The translations under genes and the position numbers were made by a program. A stretch of DNA of 63,964 bases, filler included, from Reclinomonas americana ATCC 50394 (lineage: Eukaryota): the NCBI GenBank assembly GCA_048213135.1. It is 7 parts of 4 records of this genome, joined end to end, with 100 filler letters (N's around TTAATTAATTAA, not from the genome) between each part and the next. Parts side by side here need not be neighbours in the genome. Positions count along the whole stretch, not along the records: positions 1 to 9,374 come from PS015289.1; positions 9,475 to 23,355 come from PS015289.1; 5 more parts are not named here. The stretch is one strand, 5' to 3'. This document shows, piece after piece, positions 1 through 16,225 of the stretch (positions within the stretch are counted from its first letter, which is position 1; each line of letters starts with the position of its first letter). The notes under the pieces were generated by a model, which was not told the DNA's origin, made no database searches, and saw nothing but the letters and a program-made list of their open reading frames with translations.

Positions 1-1
1 A

Positions 2-406
2 GTACTGTCTGTCGCCGTTACTGCTGATGGTGAGCGCATTGTCAGTGGAGGCGATGACAACACCGTGCGAGTGTGGTCAATGGCGAGCGGCGAAGAAGTT
101 CGACGGGTGGAAGAGCTTGCGTGGGGGGTGTGGTCTGTTGTCATCACTCCCGACGGGCAACACATTGTGAGTGGCAGTGAAGACGGGACAGTGCTGGTGT
201 GGGCGACTCCGTGTGGCCTTGCTCGACAGGAGCTCGACCGCGCTCGTGCGGCCATGCAGTCGGTGCAGGAGATGCAGCCGGAGGACGAGGAGGAGGAGGC
301 AGGTGATCCGCGCTGTCTGGTGGAGATTGTACTGCGCTGCTTCCTGGTCGAGGATGCCGCAGTCGTTTTTCATCGGTGCTCTGTCGATGATAGTCTGCGG
401 CTGTAG
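2..406 (+). CDS. WD40-repeat protein, 3' part (paralog of 675-1766)
   Basis: Open frame from position 2: VLSVAVTADGERIVSGGDDNTVRVW...TPDGQHIVSGSEDGTVLVW. Its C-terminal tail is near-identical to that of the next gene. No introns seen. Confidence 0.85.
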   Translation, partial: VLSVAVTADGERIVSGGDDNTVRVWSMASGEEVRRVEELAWGVWSVVITPDGQHIVSGSEDGTVLVWATPCGLARQELDRARAAMQSVQEMQPEDEEEEAGDPRCLVEIVLRCFLVEDAAVVFHRCSVDDSLRL

Positions 407-674
407 GAGAAGCGGCGACAGAAGCGGCGTCGTGTTGCAAAGGAGTGTCTCTTTCTCGTGTGTTTCTTGTGTATTTGCTAATCTTGGTGCAACTATACTG
501 CTTTCTCTGTTAATTGATGGTTCATTTAGTCTTTGTCTTTTCTCTTCTGTGTAGTAAACGCGCGTGCTGAAGGTAGTGGAAGTAACGAAATCAAATATTG
601 GTCCTCGGTGCTGAGGACACGCAAATCTAACTCACGACCGGCGCTGCACGCAAACACACCCTCCCTTTCCCAAC

Positions 675-1764
675 ATGACCTCACCGCCTCCGTCTCTCCC
701 GTGCAAGTGCTTCCAGGGACACACTGGCCATGTGCTCTGTGTTACCGTCACTCCCGATAGTCAGCACGTGGTGAGTGGCAGTGCGGACAGCTCTGTGCGG
801 GTGTGGTCGCTGGCGACTCGGGAGGAGGTGCAGCAGTTCGAGGGACACACTGGCGTCGTGTGGTGTGTCACCGTCACTCCCGACGGTCAGCACATTGTGA
901 GTGGAGACAGCGACAATATGATGCGAGTGTGGTCGCTGGCGAGTGGCAATGAGGTGCAACAACTGCACGGTCACACTGGTCCGGTGAACTCAGTTGCCGT
1001 CGCTCCCGATGGCCAACACGTCATGAGTGGGAGTACTGACAGAACCGTGCGCGTGTGGTCATTGGTGAGTGGTGCACAATTGCGGCGATTTGAGGGACAC
1101 ACTGAAGGTGTGTTTTCCGTCGCCATTGCTCCCGATGGGAAACACGTTGTGAGCGGGGGTGATGACAACATAGTGCGTGTGTGGTCACTGGCGACTGGAG
1201 AAGAAGTGCGCCGATTCGAGGGACACACGTTTTGCGCATGTTCTGTCGCATTCACTCCCGATGGTCAGTTCGCGGTGAGTGGTGGCGACCGAACTGTGCG
1301 CGTGTGGTCACTGGCGAGCGGCGAGGAAGTGCGACGGTTTGAGAGCCACACGGCAGGAGTACTGACTGTCGCCGTCACTCCCGACGGTCGGCACGTTGTT
1401 AGCGGAAGTGGTGACAAAACAGTACGAGTGTGGTCATTGGTGAGAGGCAAGGAGGTGCGACGACTGGTGGAGCACGCACATGAGGTGCGATCTGTTGCAG
1501 TGACTCCCGACGGTCAGCACGTTTTGTGTTGTGGCTTCTCCTTTGTCAGCGACTGGCCGATTCGCATATGGTCAACGCCATGCGGCCTCGCTCGACAGGA
1601 GCTCTATTTTGCGCACTGGGCTATGCGGGTGGTGCAGGAGATGCAGCCGGAGGACGAAGAGGAGGAGGGATTGGATCGGCGCTGTCTCGTGGAGATTGTC
1701 TTGCGCTGCTTCCTTGTCGAGGATGCCGCAGTCATTCTTCATCGGTGTTTTGCTGATGGCTTGT

Positions 1765-1766
<2 letters not shown>
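675..1766 (+). CDS. Intronless 7-repeat WD40 beta-propeller protein with conserved C-terminal tail
   Basis: 363-aa ORF with seven GHT-x-x-V-x-SVAVTPDG-x-HVVSG-x-x-D-x-TVRVWSL repeats. Confidence 0.92.
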
Positions 1767-1810
<44 letters not shown>

Positions 1811-1946
1811 GCCTGTTTGAACCTTTTCCTCACTCACTGTCCGCTCTTAGATAAGCCTGCTGATGAAATATGCCCCACCACATTAGCACACTGTACACGT
1901 TTCACTGCTGTTGTGAGTTTTCCCGAATTAGCTTCTCTCTCTTCGC

Positions 1947-3552
<1,606 letters not shown>

Positions 3553-3630
3553 GTCTTGTTGTTCGAAGGTTGTCTTTGCGCACAAAGTTGGAGGAAAAGT
3601 TGAGGTTGAGAGTGGCGGGCATCCGGCGTG

Positions 3631-3647
3631 CTTTTATAACCCATTGG
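3631..3647 (-). promoter_or_regulatory. Putative TATA box (TATAAAAG) with adjacent CCAAT upstream of actin
   Basis: Minus strand reads CCAATGGGTTATAAAAG about 80 nt upstream of the actin ATG, in otherwise GC-rich DNA. Confidence 0.4.
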
Positions 3648-3982
3648 CGTGTCTGGCGGGGCGGACAAGGAGGGCCCTCTGCTTTTTTCGGCTGACAGCG
3701 GCGTACCTTACATGGCAGTTATATTTAAGCGTTGACGAAGAACAATCACATCACACGCAAGTGTGAGTGCACGCGCGAGAGAGTGAGAACGAGAAAGGGG
3801 TGAGCATGACAAGATTTGTCATGTTGTCGGATTTCCTTTGTCAGGGTGATTGTGAGACCGAGGAATCTCGACAGCGAGGTTGGTGCGTCGAGACGCATGA
3901 ATCGCATGCCCGTCGTTTGTCGCGCACACACGAATCTTCCGTCGTCCATCGCATTTTTTAAAACCACTTCACAGAGAAAACC

Positions 3983-4375
3983 ATGTCGAGCACACGCCAG
4001 AACCTCGGCCAGCAGCAGCAGCAGCAGCAGCAGCCGTTGCAGCAGCCGTTGCAAACGGGCGCCGGCTGCCCCGTCATCAGTCAGGTCGGACAGAGCACCG
4101 TGCTGGAGAAGACGGAGCAGCCGGTGATGTTCGAGAAGACGGTGCAGCAGCCGATGGTGATCGAGCAAAAGGTGCAACAGCCGGGGATCATCGAGACGCA
4201 GACAAAGCTGCGCCAACAGCAGCCGATTGTTACCGAGGCCGTCCGCAACGTCGGCAACGTTCTCGAGCAGCCCGTGCAAGTCATGCAGGGTCAGGCGACG
4301 ACGTGCGTGCCGGGCGCCCAGGTGCCACAGCAGACGGGCGGCGCCTCGACCGTGCGTCAGTCGGAGCGCATGTAG
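3983..4375 (+). CDS. Gln-rich repeat protein 1 (EKTVQQP motifs), unknown function
   Basis: 130-aa intronless ORF sharing VMEKTVQQP-like motifs with the two downstream paralogs. Confidence 0.75.
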   Translation: MSSTRQNLGQQQQQQQQPLQQPLQTGAGCPVISQVGQSTVLEKTEQPVMFEKTVQQPMVIEQKVQQPGIIETQTKLRQQQPIVTEAVRNVGNVLEQPVQVMQGQATTCVPGAQVPQQTGGASTVRQSERM

Positions 4376-4799
4376 GCCGCCTACAGAAGTGAGAGAGGTA
4401 GAGGGTGGACATCGTAGAGTGCTGATGAGTTCGTGAAATGAACACAGTCCACCACGTGCACGCAGTGATCGCCACCAGAAAAACCGTTGTCGAGTCGGAG
4501 ATCCTCTCTCACACTCCCACAGGAACAAAGTGGCATCACCAAACCGTTCACCAAGAGATGAGCTGCCTTGATGTCAAGCATACCAATCAACAAGTTCCCT
4601 CTTCAAGCCACTGGCCTCCCCTCATCCCACAGCATTCCTTTCTAGCTCACCGGCTGAGCATTGCACAGTTGCTCCTGTTTCACAGATACCACTGTCGCGA
4701 CTGGTGAATCCAGAACAATCCTCGCAGAAATCCTGGTTGGCGATCATCGACTCAAATCACCGTACTTCACCTACACCGACTCGAGCACGCACCATCGCC

Positions 4800-5498
4800 A
4801 TGTCCTTCAATCAGCAGCAGCAGCAACCGGGCTCCGCACACCCCACTGGCTTTGGCCAGCAGCAGGTGCCAGTGCAGCAACAATTCACGACGGAACAAGT
4901 CGTGGGTATCCAGCAGCAGCCGCTCGTCATGGAAAAGACAGTGCAGCAGCCGGCTGTTCTCGAACGAACAATCCAGCAGCCGGGTACGCTGTCAACGGAG
5001 CGCACACTTCACGCTCAGCAGCCGCAAGTTATTCAGTCGGCGCAGTTTGTCGGTGCGCCGCAGGAGCAGCCTACTCGCTTCTTCCAAGGCGACGTGCAGT
5101 CAGTCCCGATCCAGCAACAGCAGCAGCAGGAGACCTATCAGCAACAGGCCTGGCCGCAGCAGCAGCAGCAGCAGCAACCACTGCAGCAACCGATACCGGC
5201 AACGCCCGGCGTCGGCGGTCAAGTGAGTGATGCTGTGCGTGCGACGACGTTCGACGCCCAGTTGGCGCTGGAGGCTGCGGACCCGACCAAGGCCTTCCCT
5301 GGCAGTGGCCTCAACGTCACCACGCCGTTCACGTACGATGAGCGTTCCCATCTGCTGGTCGGCGAGAGAGCTCCAACTGGTACCACCACCACCGGCACCA
5401 AGACGACCAAGACGACTGAGGAGCATCATCGCCACCACAAGCACGACAAGAGCAAGAAGAAGTCGGACAGCGACGTGCGTGCTGAGCCGACAGTGTGA
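4800..5498 (+). CDS. Gln-rich repeat protein 2 with His/Lys-rich C-terminus
   Basis: ATG at 4800 (MSFNQQQ). Core EQVVGIQQQPLVMEKTVQQPAVLERTIQQPG...EQPTRFFQG; tail EEHHRHHKHDKSKKKS. Confidence 0.8.
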   Translation: MSFNQQQQQPGSAHPTGFGQQQVPVQQQFTTEQVVGIQQQPLVMEKTVQQPAVLERTIQQPGTLSTERTLHAQQPQVIQSAQFVGAPQEQPTRFFQGDVQSVPIQQQQQQETYQQQAWPQQQQQQQPLQQPIPATPGVGGQVSDAVRATTFDAQLALEAADPTKAFPGSGLNVTTPFTYDERSHLLVGERAPTGTTTTGTKTTKTTEEHHRHHKHDKSKKKSDSDVRAEPTV

Positions 5499-5714
5499 GG
5501 AGGTGCAGGGGCGATAGAGAGAGAGAGAGAGGGAGAGGAAGTGAGGGAGAATGGAAGACAAAATGCAGGCTGATTCTTGCCGAATATCGAACACGCAGAT
5601 TCTTGTCGCCCGTCTCGACACTGGAATCGAGAATGCTCATGCTCGACCACACGGGTTGAGCACCCGCTATCAAACCTGCATTCTAACCGGGAGAGAGAGA
5701 GAGAACACTCAGCC

Positions 5715-6410
5715 ATGTCCTTCAGCCAGCCACAACAGCAGCGTACCGGTGCCGCGTGCCCCCCTGTCTACCAGCAGCAGCAGGGCCTCCAGCAGGGGCA
5801 GCAGCAGGAACAAGTGGTCGGCATTCAGCAGCAGCCAATGATGGTCGAGAAAACGATGCAGCAGCCGGCGGTGCTGGAGCAGACCGTGCGGCAGCCGGGC
5901 ACGATCACCACGGAACGCGTTCTGCATCTTCAGCAGCCGCAGGTTTTCCAGTCGGCGCACATTGTCGGTGCCGAGCAGGAGCAGCCTACTCGCTTCTTCC
6001 AGGGCGAGGAACGCTCCATTCCCATGCAGCAGGGCACCGGTCAGCAAGAGCAACAACTGCAAGAGCAACAAGTGTGGCAGCAGCAGCAACTTCAGCAGCA
6101 ACAGCAACTTCAGCAGGAACAACTGTGGCAGCAGCAGGGGCTCGAGCAGCAACAACTCGAACAGCAGCAGTTCCACCAGCAGAAGTTCCAACAGCAGCAG
6201 CAGCAGCTCGGAACTGGGCTGCAGAGTGGGGCTCAGGTTGGCGACCAGACGGCCGGAATCGGCGCGTCGCGCATCGAGAAACAGGAGGAGCACCATCACC
6301 ACCATGGCCACAAGCACGACAAGGACGACAACAGTGGCAAGAAGAAGAAGAAGATCGCGGAAGAGGAGAGGGCGATCGCTGCCGCGCGTGCATCGCCCAT
6401 CAAGAAGTAG
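5715..6410 (+). CDS. Gln-rich repeat protein 3 with His/Lys-rich C-terminus
   Basis: ATG at 5715 (MSFSQPQQ). Core near-identical to protein 2; tail EEHHHHHGHKHDKDDNSGKKKKK. Confidence 0.8.
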   Translation: MSFSQPQQQRTGAACPPVYQQQQGLQQGQQQEQVVGIQQQPMMVEKTMQQPAVLEQTVRQPGTITTERVLHLQQPQVFQSAHIVGAEQEQPTRFFQGEERSIPMQQGTGQQEQQLQEQQVWQQQQLQQQQQLQQEQLWQQQGLEQQQLEQQQFHQQKFQQQQQQLGTGLQSGAQVGDQTAGIGASRIEKQEEHHHHHGHKHDKDDNSGKKKKKIAEEERAIAAARASPIKK

Positions 6411-6565
6411 TGTTCTCAGGCAGAGAGAGAGAGAGAGAGAGAGAGAAAGTGGTGTATAGCAGCTGGTGCCAGGTGCAAAAAAGAGCAATGAATAAAATGC
6501 AGACGTGGCACACTCACGGTCAGTAACTCATTCTTCTAAACCCTCTCCGGTCGTCACTTCACTCA

Positions 6566-9354
6566 TCACCTCCTCGGCCCAACATACGTGTGGAAGCCAA
6601 ACTCTGCACCCGCGTCGAACCCACCTACTTTTGCTCGGCACACCGGACACGAGTCACCACGCGCCACCAGCTGCGTGGCACACTTGCGACACACGACCTG
6701 GTGCTGGCACGGACTGAGGCACGTGTCGCGCCACCCGTCACACAGGATGCACGCTCGGCGGCACGAGAGGGCCGCCAAGTCGCGCAGTTCCGCCACGAAT
6801 TCATCCGCAGACGGGCGACGATCGGGTCGGTGATTGACGCACCTGCCAGCGCATTTTGTGAGCTGCACGCGAGCGCAACACGACAAACTCGTGCACACTC
6901 ATCAAACCTCACTGCGAGTCGCACGATGCGCTCACACATGGGCGCGGGCCACACGCGGCCCACCCCTTGGTCCGCCAGCTGCGCAGCCACGTCGGTAAAG
7001 GCGGCCGCCGACGCCTCGTCTTCGACAAGGTCCTCCAGTTCGTCAATCTTCTTGTGCACGCGCTCAATAGGCAGGCCACTGAAGAGCTGTAGGAGGATGA
7101 GTCCGAGGCAGAAAATGTCGGCACTGGGGCGGAGCTCGCCGCGCAGCGCTTTCGGGTCGGCGTACGAGAGGTCGCCGGCAAACGTCACGGACATGTGTGT
7201 CTGGAAAATGGGGGGGAAGTGAGGGGTGGGAGAGAAGGTAGTGGGTGAGAGGTGGACGCACTCCAGCGGTGCGGAACCAGTGCGCCACCCCCATGTCTGC
7301 CACGTGTGCCTGGCCGTACTTGTCGAAGAGAATGTTGGCGGGTTTGAGGTCGCGATGGATGACTGCGCATGTGGGGAAGGGTGGGCACACAAGAGGGAAA
7401 GGAGGGGGCAACGAGGGAGGGTGGATTGGAGTGTGACTCACCGTTCTGGCAATGTGGCGAGGAGAGGGAGGAGGGAGGAGAGGGAAGAGAGAGGGTGAGA
7501 AATGCAGAACGGAAAAAACACGATAAGTTCGAGAGAAACTGCAAGAGGGTTAGCGGGAGAAGGAGAAAGGAACCAAGAAATTGAGGTACAAGTTGATTAC
7601 GAAGGGAGATGGCAGAAACGAGAAAGAGAGGAACAAGAAAATCAGAGACGACAGAAAGGATATAGAGATGAACAGGTGAGAGAGAGTAAGTACGAGAGAC
7701 GCAAGATGTTAAGCGGCAGACGTGCGAAAATGCAAGTGTGTATGAGAGAGAGAGAGAGAGCAGAAGCAAGTGCTGATCACGACAGGAAAAACAGAAAGAG
7801 AAGAACACGGCACACAGATGAAGTCCCGGAGAATGGCAAGACGGCAAGAGTTAGTGAAAGGAAATGGAGACGAGAGAGAGAGAGAGAGTCAGAGAGAGCA
7901 AAAGCAAGTGCTGATCACGACAGAAAAAACAGAGAGATGAACATGTTGCACAGATGAAGCTTTCGTACAGGAGAATGGCAGAGAGCAAGACTGAGAAAGA
8001 AACGGCGACGAGTGCGAGAGAGGGGAAGAGACGGAGGGAGAGAGAAAGTGAGAGATATATCGTCGACGACGTTCAGTCACTTGCGATATAAAGGGCCATA
8101 AAGCTCCACGCAATGAGGCGAGTGTAACATTGAGAATGAAAGAAAGCAACACGGGGAATGACAAGAAAGATTGCAGGCTCATCAACTGTGGCTTCCCCCC
8201 GCACACGACTCACAATCCTGCGACCAGCACCAGTAAGCCACCAGCGCCAAGCACATGCTTCACCACGCGAGATGCGTTGCGCAACTTGTGTAACGCAGCC
8301 ACCACCTCCGCACACCGCAGAATGCAGTTCATGCGGTCCTCTATCGTCATGACTGGCAATCCGCGAGCCGCGTGCTGGAGCAGGCGATGTTCCAGGTTGT
8401 CCGCACTGGCCACAAATGAGTGCATTCATCTCCTCATCCTTCCTTCTCACCACGCACCTCATCGCCTCAAGCACAATGCACCGCTTGCCGTCGTCCGATT
8501 CAGCGAATCCCAGCATACGCACCACGCCAGGCACGGTGACGGCCTTGAGCTTCTCGAGCTGCATCGCCAAAACAACAATGAGCACAAGAAAACTCTCATC
8601 AAGACCAAGACCACACGCACCTCGTTCGAAAACGACTCGATGCACCACGGTGCGCCGCTGTCAAACACCTTCACCGCCACATCAACACCATTCCACTGCC
8701 CCGCAAACACGTCAGCTTGACCGCCGCCACCGAGGCGACGAGAGAAATTGCTGGTGATGGCCTCCAGTCGCTCCCAGGTGAACACCGTGAGGGGCACTGC
8801 ATGCAAGAGAGGGTGCTCAGGATCGACCCGCAAGAGTCGACTTGCGGCATAACACACAAACCTCGCAGATTCAGCTCCTGCTGCGCCGACTCAAGGTCCG
8901 CAGCCAGTCGTGTGGCGCGGGCATGTTCCTCGTGCAGTCGCTCATCCAGCGCCTCCAGTGCCTGCTGCAGCGACTCGCACTGCGCCTGCAGCATATCGGT
9001 GGCTGCCTGCTTCTCCTCCTTGGCCGCGGCCAGCTCGCGACGCAACTGCGCTGCGGCACTCTTGTAGCGCTGTGCTCGCTGCTCGGCCTCCTCTCGCTGC
9101 GCCTCCAGCTCTGCCATGGAGCTCTCGTACTCCTCCACCTCCTGCACGGCCACCGCCTGCTGCTCCTCCAGTTCGCGACGCAGCCGCTCGGCCGTGCGCG
9201 CTTGTGCATCGGTTGCCGCCCGCTGCTGCTCCATGTCACGCTGCAGTTGCGTCGTGGCGAGTCGCTGCTCGTCAACTTCGCGCTGCTTGTCGGCGAGGGT
9301 GGTCTCCATGTCGCGCAGCTGGCGTGCAAGTTCAGAGGCAGCGGGTGTCATTGT
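6566..9354 (-). CDS. Coiled-coil + RLK/Pelle(IRAK)-like protein kinase + C-terminal RING finger (5' partial, multi-exon)
   Basis: Kinase motifs FTWERLEAITSNFSRRLGGGGQADVFAG, VAVK, IHRDLKPANILFD, ADMG and SADIFCLGLILLQL. RING: CILC..CLSPCQHQVVCRKCA..CPVCR. Heptad-rich segment at 8871-9351. Confidence 0.88.
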
Positions 9355-9374
9355 CTGCAGAGGAGAAGGGGGGA

Positions 9375-9474
9375 NNNNNNNNNNNNNNNNNNNNNNNNNN
9401 NNNNNNNNNNNNNNNNNNTTAATTAATTAANNNNNNNNNNNNNNNNNNNNNNNNNNNNNNNNNNNNNNNNNNNN
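9375..9474. other. Artificial scaffold-joining spacer (N-TTAATTAATTAA-N); same spacer at 23356-23455, 33282-33381, 53972-54071, 55861-55960 and 62474-62573
   Basis: Identical 100-nt N block with a central TTAATTAATTAA, which gives stops in all six frames. Confidence 0.95.
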
Positions 9475-9760
9475 GAGTGAGTGGAGAGAGAGAGAGAGAG
9501 AGTGAGTGAGTGAGTGAGTGAGTGAGTGAGTGAGTGAGTGAGTGAGTGAGTGAGTGAGTGAGTGAGTGAGTGAGTGAAGAGAGTGAGTGAGTGAGTGAAG
9601 AGAGTGAGTGAGTGAGTGAGTGAGTGAGAGTGAGTGAGTGAGTGAGTGAGAAGAGTGAGATGCGAGATTTAGACGAGAAGCATCATGATAAGAGAGCGAG
9701 TGAGTACGAGTGAGTGCGTGAGTAAGTGTGTGAGTGAGTGAGTGAGAGAGAGCAAGTGAG
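9475..9760. repeat. (GAGT)n microsatellite
   Basis: Long run of gagt units seen directly. Confidence 0.9.
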
Positions 9761-9799
9761 CGCAGAAGAGTGCGATACAATGTATGAGTGCTTGATCAC

Positions 9800-10205
9800 C
9801 GTCTCCTCTGCTGCGCCCTTATAATCGCCCTTTGCGATCTCATCGGCAATGTTGACACTCGAGTAGACCAAATCCGCCATCTCTCTCACTAACTTGTTGC
9901 AAAAAAACAAAAAAACACGATCGCAAAATGGAACACAAAAAAGAGAGATTCATTGACTCTCTCTTCTTGTTGTCAAGTTGCTCACTCTGTTTTGTTTTTT
10001 TCAGAGGAGGCCAGTGACGACACCCACGCCGTCCCATGCCGCGCCACTCCAGTTGCCCTGAGCGAGCTGTGTGTGTGACAGAGAGAGAGTGAGTGTGAGA
10101 GTGCGCGCAATTTCACGCGTGACTTGACGCAACAGCGCCGCCCATGTTGTAGGCCGAGACCACCGAGCCGAGGCCGGGGACGAGAGCGCCAGCAACGCCC
10201 ATTGC
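9800..10205 (-). CDS. Fragment of a small Gly/Ala-rich hydrophobic protein (about 3 exons)
   Basis: Spliced reading: AMGVAGALVPGLGSVVSAYNMGGA|LAQGNWSGAAWDG|LVREMADLVYSSVNIADEIAKGDYKGAAEET, with plausible GT-AG boundaries. Confidence 0.45.
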
Positions 10206-11301
10206 CTGTGTGAGAGTGAGAGAGAAGAGAGTGAGTGCGTGTGTTTGTCTGTTTTTTTCATTTTTTTTTTNNNNNNNNNNNNNNNNNNNNNNNNNNNNNN
10301 NNNNNNNNNNNNNNNNNNNNNNNNNNNNNNNNNNNNNNNNNNNNNNNNNNNNNNNNNNNNNNNNNNNNNNNNNNNNNNNNNNNNNNNNNNNNNNNNNNNN
10401 NNNNNNNNNNNNNNNNNNNNNNNNNNNNNNNNNNNNNNNNNNNNNNNNNNNNNNNNNNNNNNNNNNNNNNNNNNNNNNNNNNNNNNNNNNNNNNNNNNNN
10501 NNNNNNNNNNNNNNNNNNNNNNNNNNNNNNNNNNNNNNNNNNNNNNNNNNNNNNNNNNNNNNNNNNNNNNNNNNNNNNNNNNNNNNNNNNNNNNNNNNNN
10601 NNNNNNNNNNNNNNNNNNNNNNNNNNNNNNNNNNNNNNNNNNNNNNNNNNNNNNNNNNNNNNNNNNNNNNNNNNNNNNNNNNNNNNNNNNNNNNNNNNNN
10701 NNNNNNNNNNNNNNNNNNNNNNNNNNNNNNNNNNNNNNNNNNNNNNNNNNNNNNNNNNNNNNNNNNNNNNNNNNNNNNNNNNNNNNNNNNNNNNNNNNNN
10801 NNNNNNNNNNNNNNNNNNNNNNNNNNNNNNNNNNNNNNNNNNNNNNNNNNNNNNNNNNNNNNNNNNNNNNNNNNNNNNNNNNNNNNNNNNNNNNNNNNNN
10901 NNNNNNNNNNNNNNNNNNNNNNNNNNNNNNNNNNNNNNNNNNNNNNNNNNNNNNNNNNNNNNNNNNNNNNNNNNNNNNNNNNNNNNNNNNNNNNNNNNNN
11001 NNNNNNNNNNNNNNNNNNNNNNNNNNNNNNNNNNNNNNNNNNNNNNNNNNNNNNNNNNNNNNNNNNNNNNNNNNNNNNNNNNNNNNNNNNNNNNNNNNNN
11101 NNNNNNNNNNNNNNNNNNNNNNNNNNNNNNNNNNNNNNNNNNNNNNNNNNNNNNNNNNNNNNNNNNNNNNNNNNNNNNNNNNNNNNNNNNNNNNNNNNNN
11201 NNNNNNNNNNNNNNNNNNNNNNNNNNNNNNNNNNNNNCACTCACCCTTCCCCCTCCCTTCTCCCTCCCTTCTCCTCCCTTCATCTCTCTCCCTTCTCCCA
11301 G

Positions 11302-15762
<4,461 letters not shown>

Positions 15763-15796
15763 CCGGAGTAATAAGTGTTTGAGTGTGCAGCAGCGA

Positions 15797-16083
15797 AGGG
15801 TGTAGGGAGGGAGGGTGAGAAGTCGAGGGTCGAAAGTGGAGGGTTGAGGGTGGAGAGTCGAGGGTTGAGAACTGAGGGTTGAGGACTGAGGGTTGAGGGT
15901 CGAGGGTAGAGAGGCGAGGGTTGAGAATCGACAATGGAGGGTCGAGAGTGGAGGGTTGAGAATAGAGGGTTGAGGATCGAGGGTCGATGGTTGAGGGCTG
16001 AGGGTTGAGGATCGTGAGTGGAGGGTCGACAATGGAGTATCAAGGGTTGAGAGTCGAGGGTTGAGGACAGAGGGTTGAGGATC

Positions 16084-16114
<31 letters not shown>

Positions 16115-16225
16115 GGTCAAGGTTAGAGAGTCGAGGGTTGACGACTGAGGGTTGCGGATCGAGGGTTGCGGGACGAGAGTGGAGGGTCACGGGTTGAGTG
16201 CCAATTGTGGAGAGTGGAGGGTGGC
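15797..16225 (+). repeat. Degenerate (TTGAGGG)n telomere-like heptamer array
   Basis: Perfect gagggtt x4 core near 16084-16118, flanked by variants such as gagggtc, gagagtc and gaggatc. Confidence 0.8.

Noticed and set aside
7655..7663. ATATCCTTT on the minus strand within the long kinase intron
   Set aside because: There is no upstream exon ending here and no matching branch site or AC. The reading frame is already explained by GT-AG introns.
9419..9430. Palindromic TTAATTAATTAA recurring six times
   Set aside because: It is always centred in a 100-nt N block, so it is an artificial concatenation linker. Gene adjacency across these points has no biological meaning.
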